Origin: Octopus sinensis
Taxonomy: Eukaryota
Direction: 5' to 3'
DNA: 64,000 nt
NCBI RefSeq assembly: GCF_006345805.1
Contig: NC_042998.1
Coordinates: 18,972,001-19,036,000 of the forward strand
Shown here: positions 25,968-40,157 of the stretch, one piece after another
Layout: each line of letters begins with the position of its first letter
Numbering within the stretch: position 1 is the stretch's first letter
The notes under the pieces: generated by a model
What the model was told of the DNA's origin: nothing
What the model saw: the letters and a program-made list of their open reading frames with translations, nothing else
The model's database searches: none
Position numbers and translations under genes: made by a program

Positions 25968-26470
25968 AGTGAAGGTGTGTGGCTTAGTGGTTAGGGCGTC
26001 AGAATCATGATCGCAAGATTGTGGTTTCGATTCCTGGACCGAGCGACGCGTCGTGTTCTTGAGCAAAACACTTCATTTCACGTTGCTCCAGTCCACTCAG
26101 CTGGCAAAAATGAGTAACGCTGCGATGGACTGACGTCCCGTCCAGCTGGGGAACACATACGCCCTTGAAACTGGGAAACCGGGTTCAAAATCCTGGCTAG
26201 GCTTTAAAAGGACGCATTTATTTTGTGAAGGCGCGTGGCTTAGGGGTTAGGGTGTCAGCATCATGATTGTAAGATTGTGGTTTTGATTCCTGGACCGGGA
26301 GACGCGTTGTATTATTGAGCAAAACACTTCATTTCAGGTTTCTCCAGTCCACTCAGCTGGCAAAAATGAGCAACGCTGCGATGGCCTGGCGTCCAGTCCA
26401 GCTGGGGAACACATATGCCATTGAAACCGGGAAACCGGGCCCATGAGCCTGGCTAGGCTTTAAAAAGGCC
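25968..26470 (+). mobile_element. Two tandem tRNA-derived SINE copies
   Basis: ~25968-26217 and ~26224-26470 are ~90% similar by eye; each has gtggcttag.ggttaggg and B-box-like gg(t)ttcgattcc. Confidence 0.85.
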
Positions 26471-27091
26471 CGTTTATTTTATTTATTTATACCATTATTG
26501 CAAAAACTTTTTGGAAGATTGTACTGCTAATAAACTCTCTTCGGGATTGTTCATTTTCATTCAGAGCATTGATTATTCTTGAAATGTAACACTATGAATG
26601 GCAGCCTATTAAAACCCTATGTCCGCTTTATTTTGAAATTTCTGTCTCATCTGTCGTTAGCTAAACTGATTTACTTGAACTTTGTAAATATGTTTGTTAT
26701 CATGTTCCTTGCTCCGTAGAGGACGTTGCCGACAGCTGTCATCTGGTATATATCTTGTAGACATTCACAGTATTTCCATGTGCTTCTAACGTAACTCTAA
26801 ATCGCACGGAGGCAAGTCAGGTTTGTGGATGTATTTTAAATTTCATCGCAAACCTACTTGTCACGTCGACTGCACGTTAAATCTCCGATACAAGACAAAT
26901 TTTGTTTGCTCATTTCGTAGTCTGTCTTCCTTCATTATTTCTCAACTTTTAAATCTAAAACGGAAGTAGAAATTCAGTAGCCTATCAACTGTTAAAATAG
27001 GTACAGTTATTTTGCATCCTGTCTTCTTTTCGCTTCTCTTCTTTCTCTCTCTCCCCCTCTCTCTCTCTCTGTCTTCCTCTATATATATATA

Positions 27092-27137
<46 letters not shown>

Positions 27138-27223
27138 CAATTAATAGGAGGAATGACCACTAAAGTGGATTACTATGCGCTAGAAATAGACGTCAATTTG
27201 CCTTACCACAAAGAGATTGTTCT

Positions 27224-27263
<40 letters not shown>

Positions 27264-27762
27264 TACAAAAAATTCAGGGTGAATACTTGATAACTGTAAG
27301 CACCTGTATATGCCTATGGTGTAGGTGATAGGATAGTGGTGTAGGTGCAAATCCTTTGCATCCTATATATATATAGGCGCATGAGTGTGCTTGTATATAC
27401 CTATGCGTGTGTGCATGTGTATGTATTAGCTTCATAACCTATGTCGTATATTGACCAATACTAGAAGATTTAATCATGGCGTATCAAATTCCTATTTATC
27501 TGTCATCGCATATACTTCCCCACGCGATATTCACAGGGAGCTCACACTAATGAGCTAATAAAACAGTCATCACTTAATAATTGCTTACTTTATTTACAAG
27601 CAACCTTACAATGTGGGCTAATAAATCTTTCATGATGAATATAGCGCACATTGCTAAGGGGTAGTACAGATTAGACGTAGCATAGTAAATTGCTATAGAG
27701 TATACTCCTTGTTTTTGCTCATGCATTATATGTATGTATGTGTATATATGTATATATATATA

Positions 27763-27795
<33 letters not shown>

Positions 27796-27956
27796 AGTAT
27801 GGGTATATACATATTTATATGTATGTATATATATATATATATGTATTTATATATATTCAGACTGCATACATATATATATATGTATTTATATATATATATA
27901 TATATATGTATTATATATATTCAGAATGCATACATAAATATATTATATATATATAA

Positions 27957-28012
<56 letters not shown>

Positions 28013-28143
28013 TATATATAATATATATATTATATATATATATATATATATACATATATATATTTTTTTGTGTGTGTGTATATATGAGTTATACGTTCTT
28101 GTCCATGTTGTATTTTTCTACATACCTTAATATATACATATAT

Positions 28144-28231
<88 letters not shown>

Positions 28232-28869
28232 AGATAAAAATAGAGAAAACTTTCACATAATTATGTTTAATGAATAGGAGGACTCATTTAAGTTACCTCC
28301 GCCGAAATGTAACATATATTCATATAAGAGACTTTCATTTGTTTTCATCCAACATTCACTTCAATGGAAATGTTTTCACATAAAGAGCCGCCATTGTCTA
28401 ACTTATCAGTTGCCGACTTACCGAAAATTGTACGTGACCTTCATAGTTGCTGCATTGTTCCTGGTTGAATAAAATTTCACTGTTATATTTGTCAGTATGT
28501 TTGCTAACTGAAGTAGTGACATTGTCTACACGGCATCTAATATATCCGACGCCAAAGCAAGAATAAAGTCAATTATCTATTTGATTAATAAGTCTATATT
28601 GTAATTGAGTTTTATAGTTATTTCCTTTCCATCTCATCTCGGAAAATTTTCAGTAATTAATTATTTTTGTATTCCGTATTTATGTTTATTCTTTGTTCTA
28701 GTGGTTTCTTTGCTACATTTTTTGTTTTAATCTCGTGTTATTTTCTTTTCTGTGCTTAAATTTTTAATGAAATTGCAGCCAATATGAAATGCTTAAAATA
28801 CTAACGTTTGTCAAGATGTCTTGCTGTGAAACTAAAGAATTCTAAAGTACCATTTAATTAAAAGCATCT

Positions 28870-28935
<66 letters not shown>

Positions 28936-29789
28936 ATTTAATTTCTCATTAATTGTTGAAGTGAAGCAGTAATACAAAAGCACGCACACATTCTTACATA
29001 CAAATACAGAGACAAAGATATGAACAGACACATACACAGAGACTTGCAGACAAACACATGCATACGCATATATTTAAATACGGTCCCCTTTATTGCTATT
29101 CGTTGTCACTTCAAAAATGTATCATGTGGTTTGATTGTTTGCAAAAGTCCGGTTGCCTCAAGGTTGATATAATCGTCGCAAAGGAAACATCATTAACACT
29201 ATTTTCATCAAAAGAAAAGAAAAAAATTGTGACACATGCTAATACCAGATGACAAAGGCCAGTCCCCTTGATAGTCTCTATTCGTTTTAGATATAAGAGC
29301 AAACCTCCAAGAAGTCAAACTATGCATATCTATAAGTAAAAAATTATATTTCGTTAGCCTCGGTACATGAATCTTGTATCAATGATCATTGATGACAAAA
29401 TTTTGATTTTCAATTTGCTGCATTAAAAATATAGCCATTTGACATCTAATACTACATGGAGGAAATACGACTACCAAAACCAACGTTAAACCTCAAATAA
29501 TAGTGATTTGTAGATGCTGAAGGAACAGACAAAGCAGAAGCAAATTAAACTAGAATTAAATAGAAGAAACGAAAGGACAGAAAAATATATTAATTTTTTT
29601 ATGCATGCAAATCGTTAAGTATATACATTAATTTAACTCAACAGTGGGAAAACATACAAGAAATGTATAGAGACATAATGCAAATATACTATTCAAAAAA
29701 AAATATGCTGTGTTGATCAAACAGTAGTCTAGGTATTTTTGTTATTTCTTTTAAAATTAAAATTAAGATGGGGTTTTATAAACAAAGTG

Positions 29790-30160
29790 ATTTATTCAAT
29801 CACTAATATAATTACCGTGCCATTCCAGTATTTTTGTTATCTTATAGATAGGGAGATTATTCCCTGGTTTAGTGGCAGAAAACTCTTTCAGGTGAACTTT
29901 TACATTCTCACCAGAGTTGAAGGTTTGTCTAATCAGCGAATACTGAAGAGAGCAAAACAGGCGGAAATCCGAAGGCGCAAAATGGGACAAATACGTCCCA
30001 GCCAAAATTCAGTTACTTATGCCGTAACTGCATGAAGTGGGTAATCTGGTCAAGAAAGGCAATATTCTTACGATTAACTGGACGTTTCTGATGAGTTTAA
30101 CTTTCCCAGCCGGTTACAGTTCATACCCGTACATTGAACAGCGCTCGTAGAAGACGACCT
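29790..30160 (-). mobile_element. Mariner (DD34D) transposase C-terminal remnant
   Basis: YLSHFAPSDFRLFCSLQ...GNYISD matches the YSPDLAPSD(Y/F)HLF motif and the mariner C-terminus. Confidence 0.85.
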
Positions 30161-30163
30161 TTT

Positions 30164-30284
30164 ATTTGCTGTAGCCCATCTTTTTATAGCAAGACAAAAC
30201 AATGTACATGATAACACTTCCAATCATTTAAGATCAGAAGTCACGTGAGTCACTGCCTGATACTGCGTCAGGGCATTTTTAAAA

Positions 30285-30330
<46 letters not shown>

Positions 30331-30836
30331 TATTATTATTATTATATATTATTATCACCATCATTATCATTATTATTATTATTATCATTATTATATTATT
30401 ATTATTAACAGATTTGCTTGTCAGTTCTTTGACCTTAACCAGTTGAGCATGCCCCTTAGTGGCTGTCGATATGTGCATGGCTGGTCACGAGAAAAGTAGT
30501 GGGGGAGCATCATACCCATGAGTTGAGAGGGATTCTTTGGGGTTTGAATAATTCACCTCTGGACACATGGGTATTTCGTTCAACGTCCTTACACCACCCT
30601 TATTCAGGGATCTTATGAGCGGGATGGGCTACTCGACCAGAAGAAAATTCCAACTGGGCCCCACCTGCAAGATCATTGGCTGTTTATCGTGATATGAGAT
30701 CACCATGTCGTGAACATATGGTTGTCATGCATGTGCCTACTGTACCCTTATCAGACGGGTAGTCATGATGGGGTATACAGGGCTTCGCATATTTTACCCC
30801 AGTGTCACTTTGACGGCATGCACCACTCTCTCACTC

Positions 30837-30838
<2 letters not shown>
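30164..30838 (+). mobile_element. (AAT)n-embedded ~480-bp interspersed repeat with an internal inversion
   Basis: 30410-30838 is homologous to 59260-59685 and to the reverse complement of 45808-46225; 30164-30215 is the reverse complement of the element's 5' part seen at 59190-59250. Confidence 0.8.
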
Positions 30839-30894
<56 letters not shown>

Positions 30895-31919
30895 GTAACA
30901 TCTGACAACAACAAAAGCAATGATAAGGGGAGGAGAATGGTGTCTGGTTTGAGTAGAAGGACGGCCACTTTAAGGAAGGCTTGTTTAGTCGTTAAAATGA
31001 ACACTGGTAATTGATTGCTATACAGCTTGATCGACACTGAAGGCAGGAAGGCAAAAAGTGACCTCCACGAGATTTGAATTTACAAACTAATTATTTGTAA
31101 GAACTACCATTTTCTTTTTAATGTAATGATTCAGACAATCGACCGTCCTCGCTTCTGATTTATGTGCAAGACAAGAAATTCAGAGAAGGCTAACGGGTTT
31201 TCTATCGATCCCAATAAATAACGCGTTCTATATTATATCAGTAATTCCATTTTGTTCCGTTGACAGCTGTAAAATTGTATGGAACGCGTTTTCAAAGTGG
31301 ATGAATATTGTTTTGTTGTTTTTTTTCGATTCAATTAATGAAAAACAAAACAATCATAACAAGCGACAATTTATTTCCGAAGAAAGTGAATAGAGAGTAT
31401 GGGATATTTTTGGAACATTTTGTTACTCTGGCAAAGCTTGCAAATAATATTGAGTGTAACAGTGTAAAAATTATATTGACCTATCAATGATAAATTGAAA
31501 AGACCTCAACAAGAGAAAGTTTGAAGGAAATAACTCAGTTACGATTTATTTTTTGACACTAAATAATACACGAAAAGAAAATAGAAATTCCAAAGAGAAG
31601 GAGGTAATTTATTAGAGATAATCGTAAATTATGCACACAGAAGATCTCTTGATCATTACTCTAGTGTGGTCAAACATCTTTTGAGAACAAAATCATATTC
31701 TAAAACTTTTGTCATCAGTATTGCTCTCATCACGGAAAAGTTGAATGTAGAATGAAGTAGTTCAAAGAAGTAAATTTGAAGGTTGATTTATGCAAAGATG
31801 CTGCTTTTCTTTCTCATTATATATTTAAAGAGTAAAGATCGTAAAATTAATTCCATCAAAATTCCTTACTCTGAAAATAAAATAGAATATAGTATTTCTT
31901 TCATCCTGGCAATAAATTT

Positions 31920-32150
31920 TAAAAATTGGCAGCAGTCATGTGGACACAATGTCTGTATGGCCGACAAGTGTACCCCTAAGAAATTGTTTTATGGGGATCT
32001 TGTTTATGGAAAAACGAAACAGTGTAAGCCACGGAAAATGCTCGTGAATGCATTAGAGATCTTGAAGAATGTAGGATTTCATAGAGAAAACATGGCAAGT
32101 CTCGCAGCGGTTCGTTCTACTTGACATTGAAAAATATGGAATTGATGGAA
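31920..32150 (+). mobile_element. RTE-clade LINE C-terminal fragment, old
   Basis: ..GHNVCMADKCTPKKLFYGDL..GKTKQCKPRK.. resembles the RTE WxGHVxRM..PKxLFYGEL..GxRxxGRP motif. Confidence 0.65.
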
Positions 32151-32309
32151 AAATCTCGGGCAAAATAGTCTAATACAGGTAAATAAGAAAATATTAAAAC
32201 ACCAGCTATTAAAAGATTACGAATTTGGTGACACATTTTTTTCATTGTTTATCCACTTCCTTGATTACCCACTTACTCCATTGTGTCTGGAATGGAGTAA
32301 GTGGAGCAA

Positions 32310-33150
32310 GAAAACACGCGAAAACGAAAAGTGTCCCTGAATAGGTCACAGGTATGTGTCGAAAGATTTCCCGACAATGGACATGAGATTTCCACTCAAA
32401 CTATTCCTATCTTTAGAATGTCATCCTCGCTCTATGTGGCGGAGCATTATCCTGATGGATGAATACCTTTCGTCTTGAAAGCAAAGATGGTCGTTTTTCT
32501 TCTAGCACTGACGTAAGCCACTTAAGCTGCTCGCCGTAGATCTCCCTTGTAATCGTTTGGTTCCGTTTAAATTTCAAAGTGGACTAAACATTTCGTATCC
32601 CACCAAACAAATAACAAGTTGCATGGGTGAAGACCTTCTTTAGCCTGGGTGTCGGTGTTTCCCCTTTCGCTACCAACTGTCTCAGCACTTGACATTTTTA
32701 TATAGAACCCATTTCTTGTTACCAGTCACCATTCGGTCCAAAAAGAGTTTCATTCGTGAGAGGTGACAGCAAAGAAATACATACATTCACCCTCTGCGCG
32801 CGATTAGACACAAAAATTTGTATAGGAACATACTGACCCAATTTGCTGACTTTTTCGATGCCACGCAGGTATCGATGAATGAATGAATGACCAAGTCCAA
32901 GCTTCTCTACTAGTTCATCAACAGTTACGATAGGACTTTGTTCCACCGAGGTATGCAGGATGTTCTTATCGAGCTCTACTGATCTTCCCAGGACAAGGCT
33001 TGTCTTCTAGGCCGTAGTCTATGAATTCGATTCCCTTTTTTGATAAATGTTCCCCATTGTCTCTACCTTGAGCTTATTTCCGATCCCCATATATTGCATT
33101 AATATTCTTCGCGCTTTCCGTTGCGTTGTCGCCTTTATTGAACTCATAAA
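32310..33150 (-). mobile_element. Decayed near-full-length mariner transposase
   Basis: Pieces EFNKGDNATESAKNINAIYGD, VDELVEKLGLGHSFIHRYL..VSKLGQYVP (WVPHEL-like) and HQDNAPPH (second catalytic Asp); many stops and frameshifts. Confidence 0.88.
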
Positions 33151-34239
33151 GCAAAATATCTCGAAAATGCTCCTTTATCATTTCCATTTATAACTTTCAA
33201 ACACTAACTGTTATAATATATGTAATACAGAAATGATGAAAGGCAGAGTCAGCAAAGTCGATTATCTCCTTCCACCATTCCGGGGTCGGTAACATAAGTA
33301 CCCGTTGAGGACTGGGGATAATGTAATCGAGTCTTCTAACCCTACTGGCTTCGTGCAAAAAGTTAAAACCAATACTATATGCAACTGCTCATACACGACG
33401 TGTCCTTGACACATAGTCGAAGTTAGCTTTTTATGAATCGTGCATAACAATTATTTACAGTGGAACATTGATTTGGCGGTTTTTTGAATCTCTATTGAGC
33501 TGGGCGTGTTTTGATAATGAAATTTACAAATTGCAAAGAAAACAAATCAAACAAACTTTGGTCTGAGCCAACCGTGATAAAGAAGAATGAATCAACACAA
33601 AGAATAAAAATACAGATGTTAAAAGAATTTTGCTTTTAGATTATATAGTCAATTATGGCTTTGTTATCTGTTTCTGCCTGAGAGGTAGTCTTTTTGTCTG
33701 GCACTACATAACAGTTAGCCATAACCGGCACCAGAAGGGTTCGAAGATATTTACCACAGAATCAGCGGCCAAACTTACACTCACGCCCGAACTTACACAG
33801 CCAGGCAGATAAAGAATATAGATATTTCATTGATACTTATTGGATGCCCTACTTATCAACAAAGAAATAATTAATAAGAAATTAGGTGAGTAACCTCAGC
33901 AGACAGACCTAACAGTTATTGACGGGGGTCTATATACAGAGATGTAGAATAATAATAATAAAGAAAAGAAAAGTTCCCCTCTTCAAACATTCGTTTGAAT
34001 TGACCTAATTTCATTTGGAGAGGCATTAATTATTCCATTATAAGTAAAGAGTTATAGATATTCTGGTACAGAAGCGGATACTTACGTAAAGATACCAAAA
34101 TCTAAATCACAACCTACTTCAGTAAAACACCTTTCAAACAGATGGTAAGCCTACTCGAATATAGTGTAATAGAGGTTCGTTCAGAACTCCTCGTATCAAT
34201 TATATACTATCTTATAATTAATTAGTTCTGCATTACTTA

Positions 34240-34471
34240 TTTCTTTTACTACCCACAAGGGGCTAAACACAGAGCGGACCAATAAGGACAGACAAACGGA
34301 TTAAGTGGATTATATCGACCCCAGTGCATAACTGGTACTCATTTAATCGACCCCGAAAGGATGAAAGGCAAAGTCGACCTCCGCGGAATTTGAACTCAGA
34401 ACGTAGCGGCAGACGAATTACTGCTAAGCATTTTGCCCGGCGCGGTAACGTTTCTGCCAGCTCGCCGCCTT
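34240..34471 (-). mobile_element. tRNA-derived SINE
   Basis: Same family as 39920-40157; head ggcggcgagctggcagaaacgtt on the - strand. Confidence 0.85.
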
Positions 34472-34989
34472 ATACTTGAATAAATATATTTCCCTTATTG
34501 ATAACATAAACGCTCGTAATAGTTATGACAGTAAAGATTATGCAAATTTGTATATTCTTTAATGGGGTTAGTATTTTAATAAAGATACTTTAAGAGATAT
34601 AAGTATAAACTTCTGCTAAACTGTGCATGAAACAGCGCGTGGATATTAATTATAAGTAAATAATATAGATGTTTTAAAAATCCAAGCTCGATTAGGATCA
34701 GGTTAAAATTTAATAGCCACTGAATATTTAATTTAGCAATATATCAACGAATGGTTTAACATTTGTGTAATGCTTTATTGTGCAATTTCACACCGAATAA
34801 TACGCATCCGACTGTGAAACACCTAAAGGTGGGAAGAGCTAAATATGTCAGCGAAAATTTATGCATAGTATTTTTTTAAAGTATGCTGTATTCAAGTTGA
34901 TATCCATTTCAGTCAATTTTCGCATTTTAAAACGAGAGAAATATAGCAACTACGATTAGTATAAAAGATCCGATTCATCTATACCTATA

Positions 34990-35297
34990 TCACGTGATCA
35001 CGTGACCGACCAGACCATCAGATGTTGTTACACATCGCTGGTCACAATGCGTTTGCATTGTTTTAGCCTTCGAATGACGCCACCACGCTGGCTAAGCGAG
35101 CAGGCCAACAGAAGAAAGAATGAGAGAAAGAGTGGTGAAAGAGTACAGCAGGGATCACCACACCCTGCCGGAGCCTCGTGGAGCATTTTAGGTGTTTTCG
35201 CTCAATAAACACACACAACGCCTGGTCTGGGAATTGAAACCGCGATCCTGCGACCGCGAGTCCGCTGCCCTAACCACTAGGCCATTGCGCCTCCACA
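34990..35297 (-). mobile_element. tRNA-derived SINE with 11-bp target-site duplication
   Basis: Head tgtggaggcgcaatggcctagtgg; tatacctatat at 34980-34990 and 35298-35308. Confidence 0.9.
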
Positions 35298-36301
35298 TAT
35301 ACCTATATACAATTATATTACCCCTAATGTTGTCAGACTAGCAGGATCATTATCGCGATAGGCAAATTACCGCGATAGACAAATTCTCCAGGATCTTTGT
35401 TCTGAGTTCAAGTGTCACCGAAATCAACTTTGCTTTCTATCCTCTCTGGGTCGATGAAATACTTACAGTTAAATACATGGGTGGATGTAATCGACTTATC
35501 TTCTCTCTTCAGAATCGCTTGCTTTGGCCTCATTTAGAAAAGAAGAATCATGTAGCCTTTAAAAGGAAGAATGATTTTTTCTTTACGTAATACAAAACAT
35601 TAATAATCATTCTCGATTAGATCACTTGTGATTAACCAAATTGCTTACGTAATGTCAACGAATTTAACTTCGTTAAATCCCCTTAAGGCATTTCGTTTTC
35701 GTGACAAGTTTTATGTGTTAGAGTAGTTATCCTTTAGAGAATTATATGACGCATTCAGTTTTGTATCAGATTGATTTTAAATAAGAAAAAAAAAATACTT
35801 AGAAAGAAATTTGCGTTGGCGCATTAAATGAAAACTACATCGACGAGTATGCTTACACATTACAGTTTATTACAACATAGAAGCACAGGCCATTAATATT
35901 TTTAGCTTAGTTGAAAATCATGAATTAAGTTGAATTTAACGTTGCATTCTAAAAACAAGCTTAATGATCAGTCAAAATAATCAAATGCATCACTATAAAT
36001 GAGATCCACGTTAAAGAGAAGCATGGAATTTTCAATTTATGATTATCTGTGTACATAACGATAAGCATCAAAGTTATATACGCCGATAGAATATATATCT
36101 TCCTGGTAAAGTCCGTAAAACGTATTGTACAAATTTATTGAAAGAGAAAAGGCAAGAGGTGGGATAAGGGAATACAAACAAAGAGAACTGGCGGAAAAAG
36201 AGAGACTGGGATAGAGAGACAAAAGAGAACCCGCCTACTATGGAAGTATTCTCTTGCGTGTTAATCATAGAAATATATTTTAATATCATTTCGAGCTCTA
36301 A

Positions 36302-36480
36302 GGCGGAGAGCTTGCAGAATCGTTAGCACGCTAGAAAAGTTCTTAGCGGCATTTTGCTCGTCGCTACGTTCTCATTTCAAATTCCCCGAGGTTGACTTTG
36401 CCTTAAATTCTGTCGGGTTCGATAAATTAAGTACTACCCAAGTACCGGGGTCAGTGTGATCGGCTTTCCCCTCCCTGCCA
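36302..36480 (+). mobile_element. tRNA-derived SINE, diverged
   Basis: ggcggagagcttgcagaatcgttagcacg...tcaaattcc; + strand version of the 34240 family. Confidence 0.75.
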
Positions 36481-36629
36481 AAAGCATTATCAATTCGAGG
36501 TCTAAGTCGATGAGACATTAACCAAAACTATATGCAGGAAGAGTCGGTGTGGAAGGATAATTTAGAACATGATAATTAACATACAAGCACAAACACTCAC
36601 ATACTAAAAAACAGACCGTATATGTATGG

Positions 36630-36665
<36 letters not shown>

Positions 36666-36783
36666 ACAGCATACATATATGCTTCGTATACAATATCTAA
36701 TATTATATATTACCATGCATTATTAAACACAAAATCGTATATGTTCTATATAATAACTATATAACTATATATATATATAATAT

Positions 36784-36830
<47 letters not shown>

Positions 36831-37136
36831 GAGTGTATTTTTACCTTGTTAACAATTAACACGGAAAAACAAATAGTTACCAGGGCAGCAAAAGTCTCAC
36901 AAGTAAAGGTGTTGTAACTCCTTGTTTATAAAGGTAGAAACTTCGTGTTTACGTTGAATATATTGAATAATATGAATTAAAAAATGGAGTTAACGCAGGT
37001 GTAATCAAATATTTTTATTCATTTATCCTTTAAAATAAATACTGTTTACTATCGACGCGTTGATATATTTTTCTTCCTACTTCTTCTAGAATACATTTCA
37101 ACGCTTCAAAAACACACTTGTTTATTTACATACAAC

Positions 37137-37174
<38 letters not shown>

Positions 37175-37687
37175 GTCCATTAACTCAATAAATTCACTCG
37201 ATTCGTAAAATCTCAAACAAACTGGCTGGCCTTTATAGGTTAATTCATAGTTGATATAATCTTTAAATGGCTATAAGCTAATAATCACCTGAGGAAGAGA
37301 TGGTGAGTGAATGTCTTACGGTGGATTTTTCAGTGGACAACAAAAAATTAGCTCCTTCCAAGTTTTACTTTGAACAAAATAATAGAATAAGTGAAGTTTA
37401 CAAATCTGTTGACTTATAGAGCAAACACAAAAAAAACTGCGTATCAGATGAACTACACATTGATTGGTGTATCATTAGCAAACAATTATGTAGCGAAATA
37501 TGAATTGAATAATTCATATTCACTCAGGCACACACCGTACCACAAAAGTATTTGTTTTCAAGCGCACCTAAGCACATCAGCTAAGAAAACACACACGCAC
37601 ACACATATAGACACACGTATGTAGATATATGTGTATACATATACATGTACATGAATATATATATATATACATATCGTTTTATACATA

Positions 37688-37802
37688 CGAGAGGTGTATG
37701 AAAAGTTTTGAGCCTTAAGGTTTTTGAGCATTTAAGATTTCATCAGATGGCTTTTTGCTTGTTTTGTTTTCTTGAGGCTCAAGTCCTTTCATACACCTCT
37801 CG
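37688..37802. mobile_element. Mariner-type MITE, 115 bp
   Basis: 28-bp TIRs cgagaggtgtatgaaaagttttgagcct / aggctcaagtcctttcatacacctctcg (25/28 match); TA on both sides (37686-87 and 37803-04). Confidence 0.9.
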
Positions 37803-37811
37803 TATATACTT

Positions 37812-37842
<31 letters not shown>

Positions 37843-37876
37843 TGTTTATATATGTATATATGTTTTATATACATAC

Positions 37877-37909
<33 letters not shown>

Positions 37910-38965
37910 CGTGGGTTCTTGTGTGTCATTTGTAAAAATGTGTATATATATATATATGTTCGTATGTGTATATATATACATATATGTATACATATATACT
38001 GTACAGAGTTATGAATGCATTATAATATATGTATACGCATACAGACACAGACGGGCGCACACACACACACATGCACACATGCACACACATATATATTTAT
38101 ATGGACGTAGCAATTTCCAGTAACAAATTGTTGACTTGCAGGTTTTTCAACATTCTTTAATGCGTGATATACAATTGAGTGTGTGTTCTACTTTGCTTTG
38201 AGGTCACGTAATCCTTAAGAAATATTTGTATTTCAGTATTAGAAAGGTTTTTACTTATGTCATATAAATGGCGCCGCATTTTATGTCTATCTATCTATCT
38301 GTCTGTCTGTCTGTTTTTGTCTCTCTATCTGTGTCTCTCACTGTCTCTCTCTCTATATATTTCTACCCCTCACTCTTTCTTTCCTTCTGTCTGTCTCTCT
38401 ATTTTCTTCCCGCTCTCTCTTTCTCTCCTTTTGTCTGTCTCTCTATTTTTCTCCTCCTCTCTCTATCTTCTTCTGTCTGTCTCTCTATTTTTCTCCCCTC
38501 TCTCTCTCTCTCTCCTTCTGTGTGTCTCTCTCTGTATGTCTATGTCTTTGTGCCTCTGTCTCTTCTTTCTCTCTCATTCGTCCGACTGTCGCATTATTAC
38601 AAACTCAGTGTATTTGTAACTCATTGGTTATAGGTCTAATCAGATGAATAAATGCTCTCTCACTAAGTGTTTTAATATATATGCTGATTGCTAGAATAAA
38701 TCATAATGTGATGATGTCTATTGAATAACATTACAGGAAAATTACCATACTGTTATGTATTAGGTATATTTTATATTCCTTAATTATATACAGCATCTCG
38801 AAAACATTTGTAATATCTGTTGCTGTGAATGAATTGCCAGGAATATCGAAAATATACAAATTATTTAATTAAATGGACATACGTGACTTTGAATATTGAG
38901 ACCCTCTTATTTTTACAATTGACTGTATCTATCTAGATATATACATTTCGTAGAAACGGAGAATG

Positions 38966-39041
<76 letters not shown>

Positions 39042-39175
39042 TGTGGAAACTTATAAAGTTCAGTGATGCAAGTGTGGACGTTTTTGTACACTAGTTTTAT
39101 CTCAGCATTTTTGTTCTTGTTATTTCATGGCTATCTATGTGTGAATCTGTACATGTTTCTTTCTATATGTGAATA

Positions 39176-39340
39176 TAGGCAGAGGAGTGGCTGTGTGGTA
39201 AGTAGCTTGCTTACCAACCACCTGGTTCCGGGTTCAGTCTCACTGCGTGGTACCTTGGGCAAGTGGCTTCTACTATAGCCTCGGACCGTCCAAAGCCTTG
39301 TGAGTACATTTGGTAGACGGAAACTGAAAGAACCCCGTCG

Positions 39341-39377
<37 letters not shown>

Positions 39378-39590
39378 TTGTGTGTGTGTCTATAGTTGTG
39401 TGTCTGTGTTTCCTCCCACCCCAACATCGTTTGACAACCGATGCTGGTGTGTGTACGTCCCCGTAAGGTAGGGTTCGGCAAAAGAGCCCGATAGAAAAAG
39501 TACTAGGCTTTCCTGGGGTCGATTTGCTCGACTAAATGCGGTGCTCTAGCATGGCCATAGTCTGAAACAAGCAAAAGAGTAAAAGAGTAA
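39176..39590 (+). mobile_element. tRNA-derived SINE with internal (TA)/(TG) microsatellite
   Basis: Head gagtggctgtgtggtaag...ggttccgggttcagtc; homologous to 1835-2223. Confidence 0.85.
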
Positions 39591-39594
39591 TATA

Positions 39595-39662
<68 letters not shown>

Positions 39663-39919
39663 CACTGGAGAGACAGAAAGTAAGAGAGAAGGAAGAAGAA
39701 AGTTAGAGAGAGAATACGTGAGTATGTGTAAACAAAACATCTTCAAAGATGCACGCATCCGACTCCCATGAATCTTTAAATAATGAGGGGCAGACCCTCG
39801 CTCTTCTAATGTTTTCACTGCAAGTTACTCAGTTATTTTCTTCATATTCTACATTTCTACTGTCTCTCAAAATCTCATACCCAGATTGTGTCGACTATAC
39901 CAGACGACAAGTGATCAGT

Positions 39920-40157
39920 GCAAATATTATGTTTCTTTATTACCCAAAAGGGGCTAAACATAGAGGTTACAAACAAAGAAAAGGCAAACGAATTAAGTCA
40001 ATTACATCGACCCCAGTGCGTAACTGGTACTTATTTAATCGACCCCGAAAGGATGAAAGACAAAGCCGACCTCGTCGGAATTTGAACTCAGAACGTAACG
40101 GCAGACGAAATACGGCTACGCATTTCGCCCGGCGTGCCAACGGTTCTGCCAGCTCCT
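39920..40157 (-). mobile_element. tRNA-derived SINE
   Basis: Same family as 34240-34471. Confidence 0.85.

Noticed and set aside
27750-28190. Recurrent single-base phase slips (AA or TT) inside (TA)n runs across the window
   Set aside because: Most simply explained by replication slippage or sequencing/assembly error; cannot be evaluated without reads.
30085-30100. Isolated CTGATGA/CTGAAGA matches (also ~37740, ~44532, ~50418, ~59490)
   Set aside because: No downstream GAAA-stem III-NUH with stem I pairing; expected by chance.
34058-34144. 87-nt symmetric exon candidate (YSGTEADTYVKIPK...) with a GTAAGC donor
   Set aside because: The acceptor has no polypyrimidine tract and the peptide is unrecognisable.
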